A DNA stretch of 36,674 nt, from NCBI RefSeq assembly GCF_001194135.2, contig NC_068983.1, forward strand, positions 149,560,600 through 149,597,273. Reading direction: 5' to 3'. The first letter of the stretch is position 1. Every line of letters starts with the position of its first letter. Below, piece after piece: positions 1 through 12,523 of this stretch. The translations under genes were made by a program, and so were the position numbers. The DNA is from Octopus bimaculoides. Its lineage: Eukaryota. The notes beneath the pieces are model-generated. The model did no database searches. It saw nothing but the letters and a program-made list of their open reading frames with translations, and was not told where the DNA came from.

Positions 1-149
1 GATTAAGCTTAATGTAATATAAAGCTGAAGCAAATTAACACCAAATATACAGTGCGTGTGTTTTTATTGGCTAAACTGGCAATATGACCATCCCCAAGTA
101 CAACAACATATATATATATATATATATTATATATTATATATATATATGT

Positions 150-345
150 GTGTGTGTGTCTTTGTCCCCCCCCACCACCACCACCACTGCATGACAATCA
201 GTGTAACTTAGCAGTTCAGCAAAAGAGAACGGTGGAATAAGTATCAGGCTTATTCTAGTACTGGGGTTGATTTGCTCAACTAAGTCTTCAAGGTGGTGCC
301 CCAGTATGGCCACAGTCTAATGACTGAAACAAGTAAAAGAAGATA
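150..345 (+). mobile_element. SINE-type repeat ending ...ccccagtatggccacagtctaatgactgaaacaagtaaaag; related copies about 36085-36365 (+) and 23640-23755 (-)
   Basis: Shared 3' segment among copies; preceded by a (TA)n/(TG)n microsatellite at 108-159. Confidence 0.65.
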
Positions 346-679
346 ACCAAATGATTACAAAAACTGCAGAAAATATGAAATAGAATAGTGGTAGATATGT
401 ATTAGTAGACTGTTTGAATATAAGCTTAATTCCAAAATATTAACTACTAACCAAATTATCTAGTTTTTGTACTTACCAAGAAAATATGTGAAGTAAAATT
501 TATGGATTAATTAACTTTAACTGGAAACTTTTCAAAAACATGCAACCAAATAAATACCTGCCATTAGACATCTACCATACTCTGAACATCTTCCTTCCCT
601 GGCATGGACACAGAAGAAATCTGGCATCTGGCAATTGATTTGGTAGACATCCTCAAGATTATTCAACAATAATCTTGAG

Positions 680-962
680 CATCATCATCATCATCATCGT
701 TTAACGTCCGCTTTCCATGCTAGCATGGGTTGGACGATTTGACTGAGGACTGGTGCAACCGGATGGCAACACCAGGCTCCAGTCTAATTTGGCAGAGTTT
801 CTACAGCTGGATGCCCTTCATAACGCCAACCACTCAGAGAGTGTAGTGGGTGCTTTTACGTGTGACCCGCATGAAGGCCAGTCAGGCAGTACTGGCAACG
901 GCCACGCTCGGAAATGGTGTCTTTTATGTGCCAGTCCAGGGGCACCGGCAACGATCTCGCTT
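680..962 (-). mobile_element. Short retroposon with RTE-type 3' tail and (GAT)n end (young copy)
   Basis: Reverse complement differs at 3 of 134 nt from the copy at 29119; (CAT)n at 680-698. Confidence 0.85.
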
Positions 963-974
963 GAAAACCCTACG

Positions 975-1335
975 AAGGCCAAAAATTTTATATGTCTAAC
1001 ACTCATGGACATGCTTACAAAATCAAAAAACAGCACTGCACCCATGATTTTCAAAAACATTTTCACATGCTCAGAATTGCTGAAGTGCAGAATAAACTAT
1101 CCACATCAGTTGTTAGCTGTCAGAACACTACATCTTTCAAAACTTCCATGCTTCCTGAAATCTGCCAACAGTACACCTGAAGTCACCCCACTTCTTTCTT
1201 TTTTAAACAACTCATTCACTGTTCACTTCCTGTGCATATTCTGTTAACTGTTCATACACTTTTGGCTTTTTTTTTTTTTTTTTTTGATGAGTTGTAGTGC
1301 ACCTGAGCACTATATACAATAAGCTCATTATTCAT
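975..1335 (+). mobile_element. CR1-clade LINE 3' end (ORF2 C-terminus and 3' UTR)
   Basis: ORF 992-1180 SNTHGHAYKIKKQ...QKHF...NKLSTSVVS..SFK resembles the CR1 C-terminus; homologous to 5975-6650 and 21345-21560. Confidence 0.8.
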
Positions 1336-1679
1336 TATCATAATCATTTAATCTCTATTTTCCATGCTGGCATGGTTTGGACAGTTTGACATGAGCTGGC
1401 CAAGGCTCCATGTCTGTTTTGGCAGCTGAAGAAATATACTACCAAACAAGTGGTTCATTATCCTTGAGTTAATATCCTGCATCTGGGTATACTTGTCTCA
1501 ATATGAAATAGTGAATACTGCAGGTTTAATAAAAAAAAATCTAAAAACCTCTCACCACACATTTTGGTTTGGCACCTTGAAATGATTTTATACAAGTAAA
1601 TGTAGAAACATTCAAGGTAATAATAAATGAATAGGTTTGTGGGGATGGGAAAAAATTTGCTGTTGAAGATCATTCAGTC

Positions 1680-1922
1680 CACGCTGTAAAGTGGTTGGCA
1701 TTTGGAAGGGCATCCAGCTGTAAAAATCATGCCTCGCCTGTGCTGGTACTACGTAAAAAGCATTTAGTTCTCTTTGCGGAGTGGTTGGTGTTAGGAAAGG
1801 CATCCAGCCGTAAAAACCGTGTCAAAACAGACACAGACGTTTGGTTCAGTCTTCTGCCTCAGCTCCTGTCAAACCGTCCAACCCATGCCAGCACGGAGGG
1901 CGGACGTTAAACGACGATAATG
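1680..1922 (+). mobile_element. RTE-tail short repeat (two overlapping tail segments); another minus remnant at about 1355-1425
   Basis: gtggttgg...ggaagggcatccagc twice, then aacccatgccagcacggagggcggacgttaaacgacgat. Confidence 0.75.
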
Positions 1923-1939
1923 ATTTAATTTTGAAGAAA

Positions 1940-4350
1940 TGTGAATTAAAATCTATAAACGGCGATCGTCGGTGAAACAAATCTGTTGTTTGTTATTTTT
2001 TATTCCATAAACTTTTCTGGGATTATCTTTTCCTTGTAACCTATTAACTCTCAAAACTTTTCCTTCGGTAATTGGTAACATTCGTGCACTGATAACCTTC
2101 GACCCCTCTTCACTTTCGAGTAATTGTGTTGGTATATATACTACTGTGTATACTAGCTAGTTCACCTATCTTTTTCTTGGAAAATAACTTCGCTATCACT
2201 GTATGATAAAAAATAAAAATTAAAAAAAAAAAAAAGCCGAGTTCAGATGAATATCAAGTTACGTTCTCAACAAAAGAAATTCACGCCTTTTTATTTATAA
2301 CAAAAACGTTCCTATTATTTGTAGTAGGAGGTTACTTAATGTTTCTCGTTCGTATTCTCGACAAATTTGCAAGAAAGTTTCACTTGAACAGCATTTTTAA
2401 ATAGTAGCTCAAGAAAGAAGACACACTTCGGAATATATTACAAAGTTTTGTCAAATTGTTATTTTACTTAACCCGTGGAGGAATTGTTTACAAGTAACTT
2501 TTGTTTAACTATATTAACTATAAAGAGATGAACCAGTCACATATTACTCGTTTATTGAGACAAACTTTCATTACAACATACCTTCAGCATAGGAAATCAT
2601 CTTCACAGGTTATTATAATATTTTTTCGCATTTATTTTTCTAATTCTTTACCAACATATGTGAAAAAAAAGTTAAAAAACTAAAATGCTTGTTTGCTCTC
2701 TCTCTCTCTGGTAAAGAATACGTACACCACCAGTTTTCGGCGTAACAAAAACCCTAACCCCAAACATCGGGTGTATATATTCTTTACTTTCGCCTTTATA
2801 TATCTATATCGTCCGTAAACATAAACCCGAAAACAGAAGTTATAGAGCAGTATATATTAAAGTTAAAAAAGGTCAATTTATGGGATTGCCTTAGGTTTCA
2901 CGTCCATTCCCTACAAATATAACATACTCGAAATGTTTTCAGGTTTACATATATATTTTCATCAAGTTCAAAATATGCCAGTTACAGGTGGGTCGATAAA
3001 ACGCGTACAAGTTATGAGCTGGAAATCTACAGCAACAGGAATTGGCCTATGCCAGAAGAATAATGAATCAATGTTGATATAATTACGGTGCTAGTGCAGT
3101 GCACTCAATTATCCTGTTTGTTTACAAAGCAAATGATTCGGATGTGCACGAGCAAAATTTCATTAAAGCAAATGATACGAGTCCACGTGTATAAAAGATT
3201 AAGAATACGTGGATACATGCGAAGAAAATAAAGCAATATTCACATCAGTTTAGTTATTTCGTGTTGCATATAAGTTCATAATTACCAATAACTGTCATGT
3301 CCCCAGACAATTCTTAAGAACAAAATAAAAACTTAGATATACAGTGTCAGTTATGAGGAGGCGGTGTCATTCACCCGCCTGTTTCAGCCTGGCTTCTGTT
3401 GTCTATGTCAGGGGTTTTCAAACTTTTTGACTTGCGGACCCCTTTGTATTTCAGGCTTTACCTTAGGGACCCCCTTATAAACGCTTATGACATTTATACA
3501 TAAATATTTGCTTAAAATAACATATATTTTTACATTTATTTATTTAACAGTATTTAACAAATGGGTTTATTGTCAATTAAAAGATTTCGATTAAAAAACA
3601 TATATAAAATCAAATTGCCCATAAAAAGTATCTGCTGTCCACGGACCCCCTGTCTTGTCCTTGCAGACCACAGTTTGAAAACCCCTGGTCTATGTCATGA
3701 GGAAGGTTGTGTGGGTGAATGATATCGTATACCAGTATCAAAGAATTTCCCTTATTACTCGAATTGTTATTATGATTTTAGGATTGCAGCTGAAAATTGA
3801 ACGTGGGTTCCCAAATGGTGCGTTACCACATATTGAAATTCCGTAAGATATAGAGGTGTGGCGAAAATATAAAAAAATTATTTTGTAAATGAAAAATACA
3901 AGCCGAAATTCTAAATATACAATCTTTATTACTATGCTTCATTTATTGAATAACGATCTCAATATCTAATAATTTGCTGTAGTTTAAATTATATTTATAT
4001 GCTAAAATTTATAATACTTTGTTAGATACATTTTTAAAAACTATACGCAAAGTGAACCTAACTTTTATTTACTTAAAATGCCACGAAGGGGAAAAAATGT
4101 TTGGAAACCACTATCTTATTTTAGCGATTATAGAGATATTTTAAGACTTAAAGAGACTTAACTAAGTAAAGAAAGTACTTAGCCCGGTTTCTTTTACAAA
4201 TGATTATCAGCTTATGGTCAAACTAATAGTTTGATCCAACCAGTCATTAGAATATTTTATTTTTGGTCTGCTATTCCTAATTTGCATCAAAAGGCGTTTG
4301 TCGGCTATATCGTTTTCACAACCTTGTTACAATAGAGTTCTGAAGGTTTA
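1940..4350. promoter_or_regulatory. CpG-retaining region, probable promoter/5' region of the cysteine synthase gene (possibly bidirectional)
   Basis: CG dinucleotides are visibly frequent here and scarce in the downstream introns (qualitative; o/e not computed). Confidence 0.4.
3409..3687. mobile_element. hAT-type MITE, 279 bp
   Basis: Perfect 16-bp TIR CAGGGGTTTTCAAACT; 8-bp TSD GTCTATGT (3401-3408, 3688-3695). Confidence 0.9.
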
Positions 4351-5536
4351 TATTAGTACTACTGCTGGATGTAGTAGTGTAATAGTTATCATCAGTATGT
4401 ATTAGTTACTTACAACTAGGTTTGCAGCTGATAACAATATAAACCACCAAACTCTCAGCATTTATGCCTAAGCATGCTGGTTCAAGTAGAGATCTTTTTA
4501 AGGCAGAATTCTGGTTTAAGCACCACATACAACACCTCATAACTTTTTTAGTTTTTAGAATTTTCAGGAATTTTTGCGAATCTGTGTTCAACATATAGGT
4601 ATTCAGTCGATTATGCAAAAAAAAATATTATGTAATGTAAGGGCTATTTAGCTGTTATTTTTAGCACATCTCACAGCCACCTGATACCTTCCTCATTTCT
4701 TTGTCACTTTGACATGTATTGATGTTCTTCAGTATTTTTCTCTCCATAAATACATTTGATGGCATGGTGATACACACAGGGCTGGTCTATTGTTGGGATC
4801 TAAGGAAAAAAATTCGGACTGTTTGTATTTTAAACTAGAATTTTAAAGATAAATTAATTTTCAGCTTTATTATCCACATTCTTTCATTACTTTTGAGCAT
4901 CAGAGTTAGAAGATAAGAAAAAAATGCTTTGTGGTAATTGTTCTGGTTCTTTGTTCTGAGTAAAAAAAAAAACCCTGCAGAGGTTAACTTTACCTTTCAT
5001 CTTTTCAGGGTTGATAAGATAAAGTACAAATCAATGGAATTGACTAATATCCTTCCATAAAAATTTGAGGCAGTGTGATATCATTGTTAAAAGGTTGCTT
5101 TTGGCATTTACTATGTGCTATATATTATACATTGAGGTTTTGTATCCTCAGTAGATAAGTCACATGCTAGATTTTACAGTATATTTTCGTAGTAAAAATG
5201 TATGATTTATACACAAGAGTATATGGTAATTTAGGTCCATGTTGTAGGGACAGAAAATTCCAGATGGCCTATGTTCTAAGAAAGGACTGGGTATAATGGT
5301 TTATACAGGGGCTGATAGACATAATGTATGTGATGAAAGGAAGAAATATGAGTAAATTGAAGAGAGCCTGTCTAATGGTAGCATGAGACCACCCAGTTCT
5401 GAAGAACAGATACCTTTGTAGTTGCTGTAGAAAAAACAGAAACAACATCTGAAGCTATTCAAAATTTAATTCCAATGTAATCTAACTCTTTTTTTTAACT
5501 GGAACTAACTGTTATGCTGTGCCTATCTATTTCCAG

Positions 5537-5574
5537 AACTTAATTCGAGATGGCATTGTTGGAATGGTTGGAAA
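5537..5574 (+). CDS. cys11: Cysteine synthase exon 1 of those identified ([12 protein letters not shown]+AA)
   Basis: ttccag acceptor with a ctaac branch-like motif upstream; gtaagt donor; phase 0 to 2. Confidence 0.85.
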
Positions 5575-8500
5575 GTAAGTACAACAATATTTTACTATTT
5601 TAACAAACACACACACATACACACCCTCTCTCATTCATCATTATCCTAAAGGCCATCATGGATGAGGTTAAGACTGGCCGTCCATGTAAACTCCTATTTC
5701 TGATGATCTAGTTCTCATAACTGAATTTATCAGTGAAAATTCCAGGCTTGGAAGCTAAACCTAGAATAGAGATGTTGAAGATACACTTAATTAAGATAAA
5801 GGTTTTAGTGAGTTGGTAAGAAGACAGAACTGTGGTATCTTCAGGGAAATGGCCTTGCTCAATAGGCAGAAAAGGAGTTGGCAAAAATTCAAACTGTGCA
5901 ACCAAGGACAATAATGATGATGATTCTGAAAATATTATATCTATCATATCCATGTATTAAAAAAATGATAATAATAGTAATACTGAAATTATTATGTATA
6001 ATGCTCAGGTGCACTACAACTTATCAAAGGTGCATGTATAGTACATAGAATTACGGACAAATGTCAGGAAAATGAACAGTGTATGAACCATGATATACAT
6101 TTTTGCATGCATATGGAGGTAGGGATATCAGGTGTAGTGTTGGTGAATTTCAGGTAGCATGGAGGTTTTAAAGGATGCAATATCTCAACAACTAACAATT
6201 GATGCAGGTAGTTTGTTCCATGCTTCAGCAACTCTGAGTGTGAAAAAATGTTTCTGAAAGTCATGGGAGCTGTGCTGTTTTCTGACTGAGTAGGAAAGCC
6301 CATGTGTGTTAGACACATGGAGTTCAAAAATGTGCTCAAGGTGGTTGTTGGTACAAGGATTAATAATGTTGTGGATGTTTACCAAGTCAGTTGCCAGACA
6401 TTGGAGCTTCAATGTATCTATGCCCAGGGAAACAAGGCATTCAGATTATGGTAGATATCTGATGGAGGGTATTCGCTTGGTTGCATGTCTCTGAACAGTT
6501 TCCAGGAGGGAAATTGCAAGATAGGGGTTCCAGACTGTTGATGCAAATTCCAAATATGGCTGCATCATAGCCATATACAGCCTTAAATAGATAGCTGGAG
6601 AGCAGCTACAAGATTTATCTTGTAGGATATGTTTAGTATGGAAAGGCAATGAGCTGGTAGAAACATTAGCATGCCAGGCGAAATGCTTAGCAGTATTTTA
6701 TCTGTCTTTACATTCTGAGTTCAAACTCTGCCAAGGTCGACTTTGCCTTTCATCCTTTCAGGGTTGATAAAATAAGTACTAGTCGATCTAATTGACTGGC
6801 CCACTCCCCCCAAAATTTCGGGCCTTGTGCCTAGAGTAGAAAAGGATTTGTTTAGTATGGAGGTCTGGGTTGGGTGAAATACAGTAGCAATAAAATATTC
6901 ACCAACTCAGTATGGTGATAGGTTAGGAGTGAAAGTTCTCAGTGTTGTTTGTCAATTAGCTGAATTCTTTTTTTCCTCTTGAGTGATGTTTGTGATACTT
7001 GTTAGTATTGTGGAGTCCTTGATTATCTCTGGTCAAGCAGATCTGTTACTAAAAGTGCTCCACCTATGGCCATCTTAACTTTTATTTAAGTACACTGCAT
7101 CTAGGCCTACATTATTCACTGTCCTTGCTTTATTTTAATATGGTGAGGTATGATTTAAAAAAAACTTGGCTGTTATTTCTAGCTGATTGAGAAGCTTCCT
7201 TATTTGCTCATCTCTGATGCTAGTGATCAGAAGAGGGGCATGTTACAAATATAGGAGAAAAACTCCTTAGTGGGAAATATTTAGGATATTTATTATGTAA
7301 TCGTTCTGTATTGATTCAAAGCAATTTTTCTTTCTGTTCCCAGTACGCCTTTGATTAAGCTAAAACAAGTGAGTAAAGAAACAGGTAAGGTATTGAATCT
7401 TCTATCATTATTCAATATTATTGGTATTTGTAATGTTTACTGAATCTCTACTATTGTTGATCTATAAATACTCACTCACTGCTTTTTGATTGCATTCCAG
7501 GTTGTGAGATTCTTGCTAAGGCAGAATTTTGCAATGGAGGTGGTTCTGTTAAAGACAGAGCAGCTTATTACCTAATAAAAGATGCTGAAAAAAAAGGTAT
7601 GTGTATTGATTTATTTCAGAAGTGCAAGATCCAAATTAAAGTTTTAGAGAAAGGAATTTTAAGAGTTGGTTCAGAGAATTTTATGGTACTTACTTTACTG
7701 ACCTTTCTCCAATTCTTCAGAGAGAGATGGAAGATGATCTGAGTAGGATTTGAATATAAGATTGAAAGTGGATTAGAATGTAATCTTACTTCAGACTATT
7801 ATCCTTATCTTCAAATTTGAAATACTTTTAAATATTTACATCTGACACAGTCTCTTATTTTGCTGGCATTATGACAGGAGAGAGAGACAGACTGATAAAG
7901 ATGGTGATAGAGGGAGATTGAATATAGCTAGATCTAGTGCCATCTTTTGTTACATGTGTGTGTATGTATGTATGTATATAAAACTAACATACAAGAGAGA
8001 AGTTAATACAGATGCTGATATGTGATTTCTATAGAAGGCAGCAGCTACATCAAACCATGTCGTGTTTTGAGAATCTTAAGTTGGCTCCATTAAAAAGTTT
8101 CTTGAAATTTTGGGTGATGTGTTATGCTTTAAGCTTTTATGGGAAGAATATATTTCCTCCAAAAGTAACAGTTGCGCAGTGTTTTATAACAGTATACAGA
8201 TTTCCAAACTAGTTGAATACAGAATGCTCCATCTAAAACGTATATCTGAAGCATCATGGAATACATCTGTCTGTGAATGCTTTACATGGCATACTCATTG
8301 AATTCAACTCATTTCAGAAGATAACACACCTCAATTAAGACTAAATATCTTGCTATCAATAGAGTATACAAACATAAACAAGTTGCTGTAACAACATTGC
8401 ACAAAATACTCAAGCTGTGGCACATTGTGTATCAAAGTTATGCATACAGGCCATGGTATATTGTGTATCAAAGTTATGCTATTACTACTATATGGAAGAT

Positions 8501-11350
8501 ATTATAAGTTCCAACACTTTCACAGCTGTACATCAACTTTAGTTCTTGATGAACAGAGCTTCCTGCATGCAGCTATGTGGAACTTATTTCTCACCAGAAA
8601 CATCTCAGCCAACTGCATACAAACTTTGAGAAGTTGAATGTACAAATACCTCTTCTCAGTTTTTCATTTAAAAATGCAGTGAATCAGTGACTAACCCATT
8701 GGACTCCTCTTTGAGTTCAAGTTTCCAATGAGGTTCATTAATGCTTATACTAATTTTTTTTACTGTAGGCACAAGACCTGAAATTTGGAGAGAAGGGACC
8801 AGTTGATTACATTGACACCAGTGCTTAACTGATATTTATTTTATCAACCCAAAAGGATATTAATGATTCTGCTAGCTCACCACCTTAATATAATAATAAT
8901 AATAGATAAGCATTTGTATAACTGTACCTTGGTTAAATAATATATATTTTCATTAATAAAGGACAACTTCAGCCTGGAGGTACAATTGTGGAAGGCACTG
9001 CTGGAAATACTGGAATTGGTCTTGCACACATGTGTCTTTCTCTTGGTTATAAATGTGCAATTTTCATTCCTGATACTCAATCCAAGGTTAGTATAACTTC
9101 TAATTCTTCAGTCTATGTATGTATGAAGTTAACTTAGTCTTTTACAAGTATGAAACTTTTCATTTATAGAGGTACATGAAGTGTTAAGTTCAGGTTTATG
9201 AACACCATAAAATAGGTAAATTTTTAACAGTAGTCTGACTTGGTTTTAATTCCTAACTGAGGTTCTCTCCCCTTCATGTAGATTTTTTTTAAAACTTTCA
9301 CAGAGAACTTGAACATAAGAATTCCCATTTATTAGTTCCTCTAAAAATCTTAAACATCAGATGTGCTTGTATATGTGAACATTGTGTAGGTAATTGTTGC
9401 ATTTATGTTATTTTCAAGATTTCATGCTTACTAATACCAGTCACACTGGATAAATCAGGTAATTCTTCTGTAGAATGATATAATTTTAGTTTTACGTCAG
9501 TTATATGAAATTCATAGAATCATTTTACTGTAAGGTTCTTGTCTACTTTTTCCAGGAAAAGCTTGACATGCTTAAACTTCTTGGTGTGCAGTTATTTCCT
9601 GTTCCTGCTGTACCACTTACTGACCGAAATCACTATAACCAACAGGTGAGATGAAGACATATCTCTCTTCTTCCTGCTTCTTTCTTCTTGAATGGTGAAA
9701 AGAACTGTGTCATCGACCCATTAGTTTAGTTTGGCTGTCTTCACAGACACTTCAGTGATTTCACACAAGCGTGCCATCCATCACTGTCCTCCATGCATGT
9801 TCTTAATTTATCAACATTTGTCATTCCACTGTCCTGAAGCAAGTTGTCCACGTAGACTAGACATTTTCTTCCCTTCTCGATTCTTCCTTCAACTGACTTC
9901 CATAAAACCAATTGACATACAGGTTCTTCTGGATGCCTGATGCAATGACCAGCAGCTCTCATTGTTCTCTGCTGAATCTTCTCAGTCACTCTGGGTAGAT
10001 CTTGATAAAGCTGCTTGTTACTTAAATTAGCTCACCATGTAACATTCAGAACCGTTTTTAACATTATTTTGTAACAACCATCTATTTGTTGGTGAGGATC
10101 CAAGTTTCAGCACCATATAACAAAACTGACTCTACTGTGGAGACAAAACCTAATTTTCAATTGACATGCCATCTTAGAACTCCAGATTTTATGCAGTTTG
10201 TAGCACACACTCCGAGTAAGTGTCATCTGTACAGCAAAATCCTTTCCACTCCTTTTCATCCAAGCACCAAGGTACTTAGTAATTTCCTTAAGTTCTTTTC
10301 TGTTTCTTGCAAAGAGGTAATTTGGTTGCTCATGATCTTGACTGAATGTCTGGTATTCAGTCTTATCTGAATTATAATACAGGTCAACTTTTGCAGCTTC
10401 AAATTCTAGTCTATTGAGCATTTCTTGTACCTGATGTATCTCTTCAGAGATAAAAGCACTATCACCTGCAAAGTCAAGATCTGTAAGTATCTTTGGTGTA
10501 ACTCATCTACTTCTCCATCTCTCCAACTTAAACCTCACTTCCTCCTCTTTTCCTTGTAAGGTATTGTACATTACATAGTCTAGCACCAGAACAAATTGCA
10601 GGAATACGTCATATTAGTGACCTGTGAAAGTCTTTCTTTCCAGACCCAACCAGTAAAGATGAGAAAAATCATACAATTTTGTCTTCTCCTATCATATTCT
10701 TTCTTACAATTTTTAATGAATTCCATATTGTTTCCTGCTGCAGGCACGAAGGTATGCTGAAAGCATAGAGAATGCTGTGTGGACAGACCAGTTTGATAAT
10801 CTAGCAAACCGACTTGCTCATATGGAAACAACTGGACCTGAGATATGGCGAGAAACTAGTGAGTGTATGCTACAATGGAATTATTCACAAACATGTTGCT
10901 TTCAGGCATGCATGCTTGCTTGGTTCAGATTTTAAGAATTTTAGTTGATTGTATTGCACTCACAGGTCACAGTATGCTTGAATATGTATGTATGTAGCAT
11001 CATCATCATATCTGCTTTCCATGCTGGCATAGGTCATCACTGTTTGAGTCATTTGTTGGAAGCCACTACTCCTATAGCCTAGTGCTTGTATGTGTCATTT
11101 GATTTGGTTTCTATGGCTGGTTGTTGTTCCTATTGCTAATCACTTTACAGTGTTCTGAGTGCATTTTCTCATGACACCAATACCTGGGAGTTTGAATAGT
11201 CTTAAGTGAGACAGAGCCATAGGAACCTCACAGCCCCATACTTTCTTTACTCATCTGTTAACCACTTTTCAGAGTGTACAGGGTGCATTTTCCATGGCTC
11301 CAATACTAGAGAGGTTGTCATGCTCTCTACTCTCACCAGAGGGGAATGAT

Positions 11351-11384
<34 letters not shown>

Positions 11385-12491
11385 CTGAAAAAGGAGCACA
11401 CTCTAAAGCATTAGAACAGTAATATATTTTTTTAGGAAGTTAAAAGTTATGGTCAGTTATAGAGTGACCATTGGTTTTACACCTATAAAGCACCTAGCAG
11501 TATAGATGACTCATCAGACTCAAATAGCTGAAGGCACATAATCTAGAAACTGGAGAAAGAAATACGTAACAGTCAGTTGATTTTGTAAATAAAAAATAAT
11601 TGCCCTGACTGTAGGCTGGACGAGGTTATCCTCCTTTACATCAGCTCCGGCCATGGTGATATTTAAAGGAGCTGTGGTGGGAATATTCAACAAATAGAGA
11701 ATTCCAAGTCTGAAGTAGGAAATGTTTTAGATGTTGGTATTGGCTGAATACTTAATTCCTGGAGTTTAAAATGTTTCTCGGGTTAAACAAGTTTATTAGG
11801 CTTTTTGCCCTCTCAGCCAAGCAAAGCTTACATTGTTTGTTCCCATTTATATAGGCCCTTAGTTGTTTAAGGAACTTCCAATTAATTATGTATGGGGTTC
11901 CTTTCTCTTTTAAGCACCATACATGGCTGGCCAGGGACATGATGTACCTTTCTAGTATCCTAAAAGAGGACCTATGGTTGTTCAAAAGTTGCTTAAACAG
12001 GGGCACAGTTGAACTGATACATTTTTGTGTCTGTGTATTGGGTGTGTTACCACTGCCAATGGCTGTTTCATCAACTCAGGTCTAATGCCATTGTTGTTGC
12101 TGGAGTTGTTTCCAGTGCTGATATTCCTGAGCATGATTCTGGTGGTTCTGCTGTTACTGATTTAGCAGCCCATTTCCAGCCACAAAGTTAGTGCTACTGC
12201 TGTCTTTGTAGCTGTTGGTATTGTTGTCTCTGCTGCTTGAAACTCTGCTGTTGCCACCACTGCTATCACTATCATTGTTGTCATTATTGCTGTTGTCAGT
12301 GGGTGCACCATTGCTGCATATGCTGTTACTCTGGCCACCACTGTTGCTGCTGTCATTCTTATCATTGTTGGTGTTGTTAGCGATGCACCTTCAGCCATTT
12401 GAGTTTGACAATTCGCTTATGCTGCTAAGTGCTTTATAGGTGCTAAGTGCTTTATATATATTTACGTGTAATACATGGTGGTGATGATGAT

Positions 12492-12523
<32 letters not shown>

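Noticed and set aside
753-1247. 164-aa ORF
   Set aside because: Chimera of an antisense tail repeat and an off-frame CR1 fragment; no splice or domain support.
3353-3846. ORF of about 60 codons restored by excising the hAT MITE
   Set aside because: No recognisable homology or splice support; length is compatible with chance.
8418-8489. 36-bp tandem duplication containing attgtgtatcaaagttatgc twice
   Set aside because: Two units only, an ordinary slippage duplication; not a CRISPR or satellite array.
12162-12439. Leu-rich and Thr/Ala-rich ORFs resembling membrane or mucin proteins
   Set aside because: Alternative frames of the low-complexity linker of the Penelope-like element.
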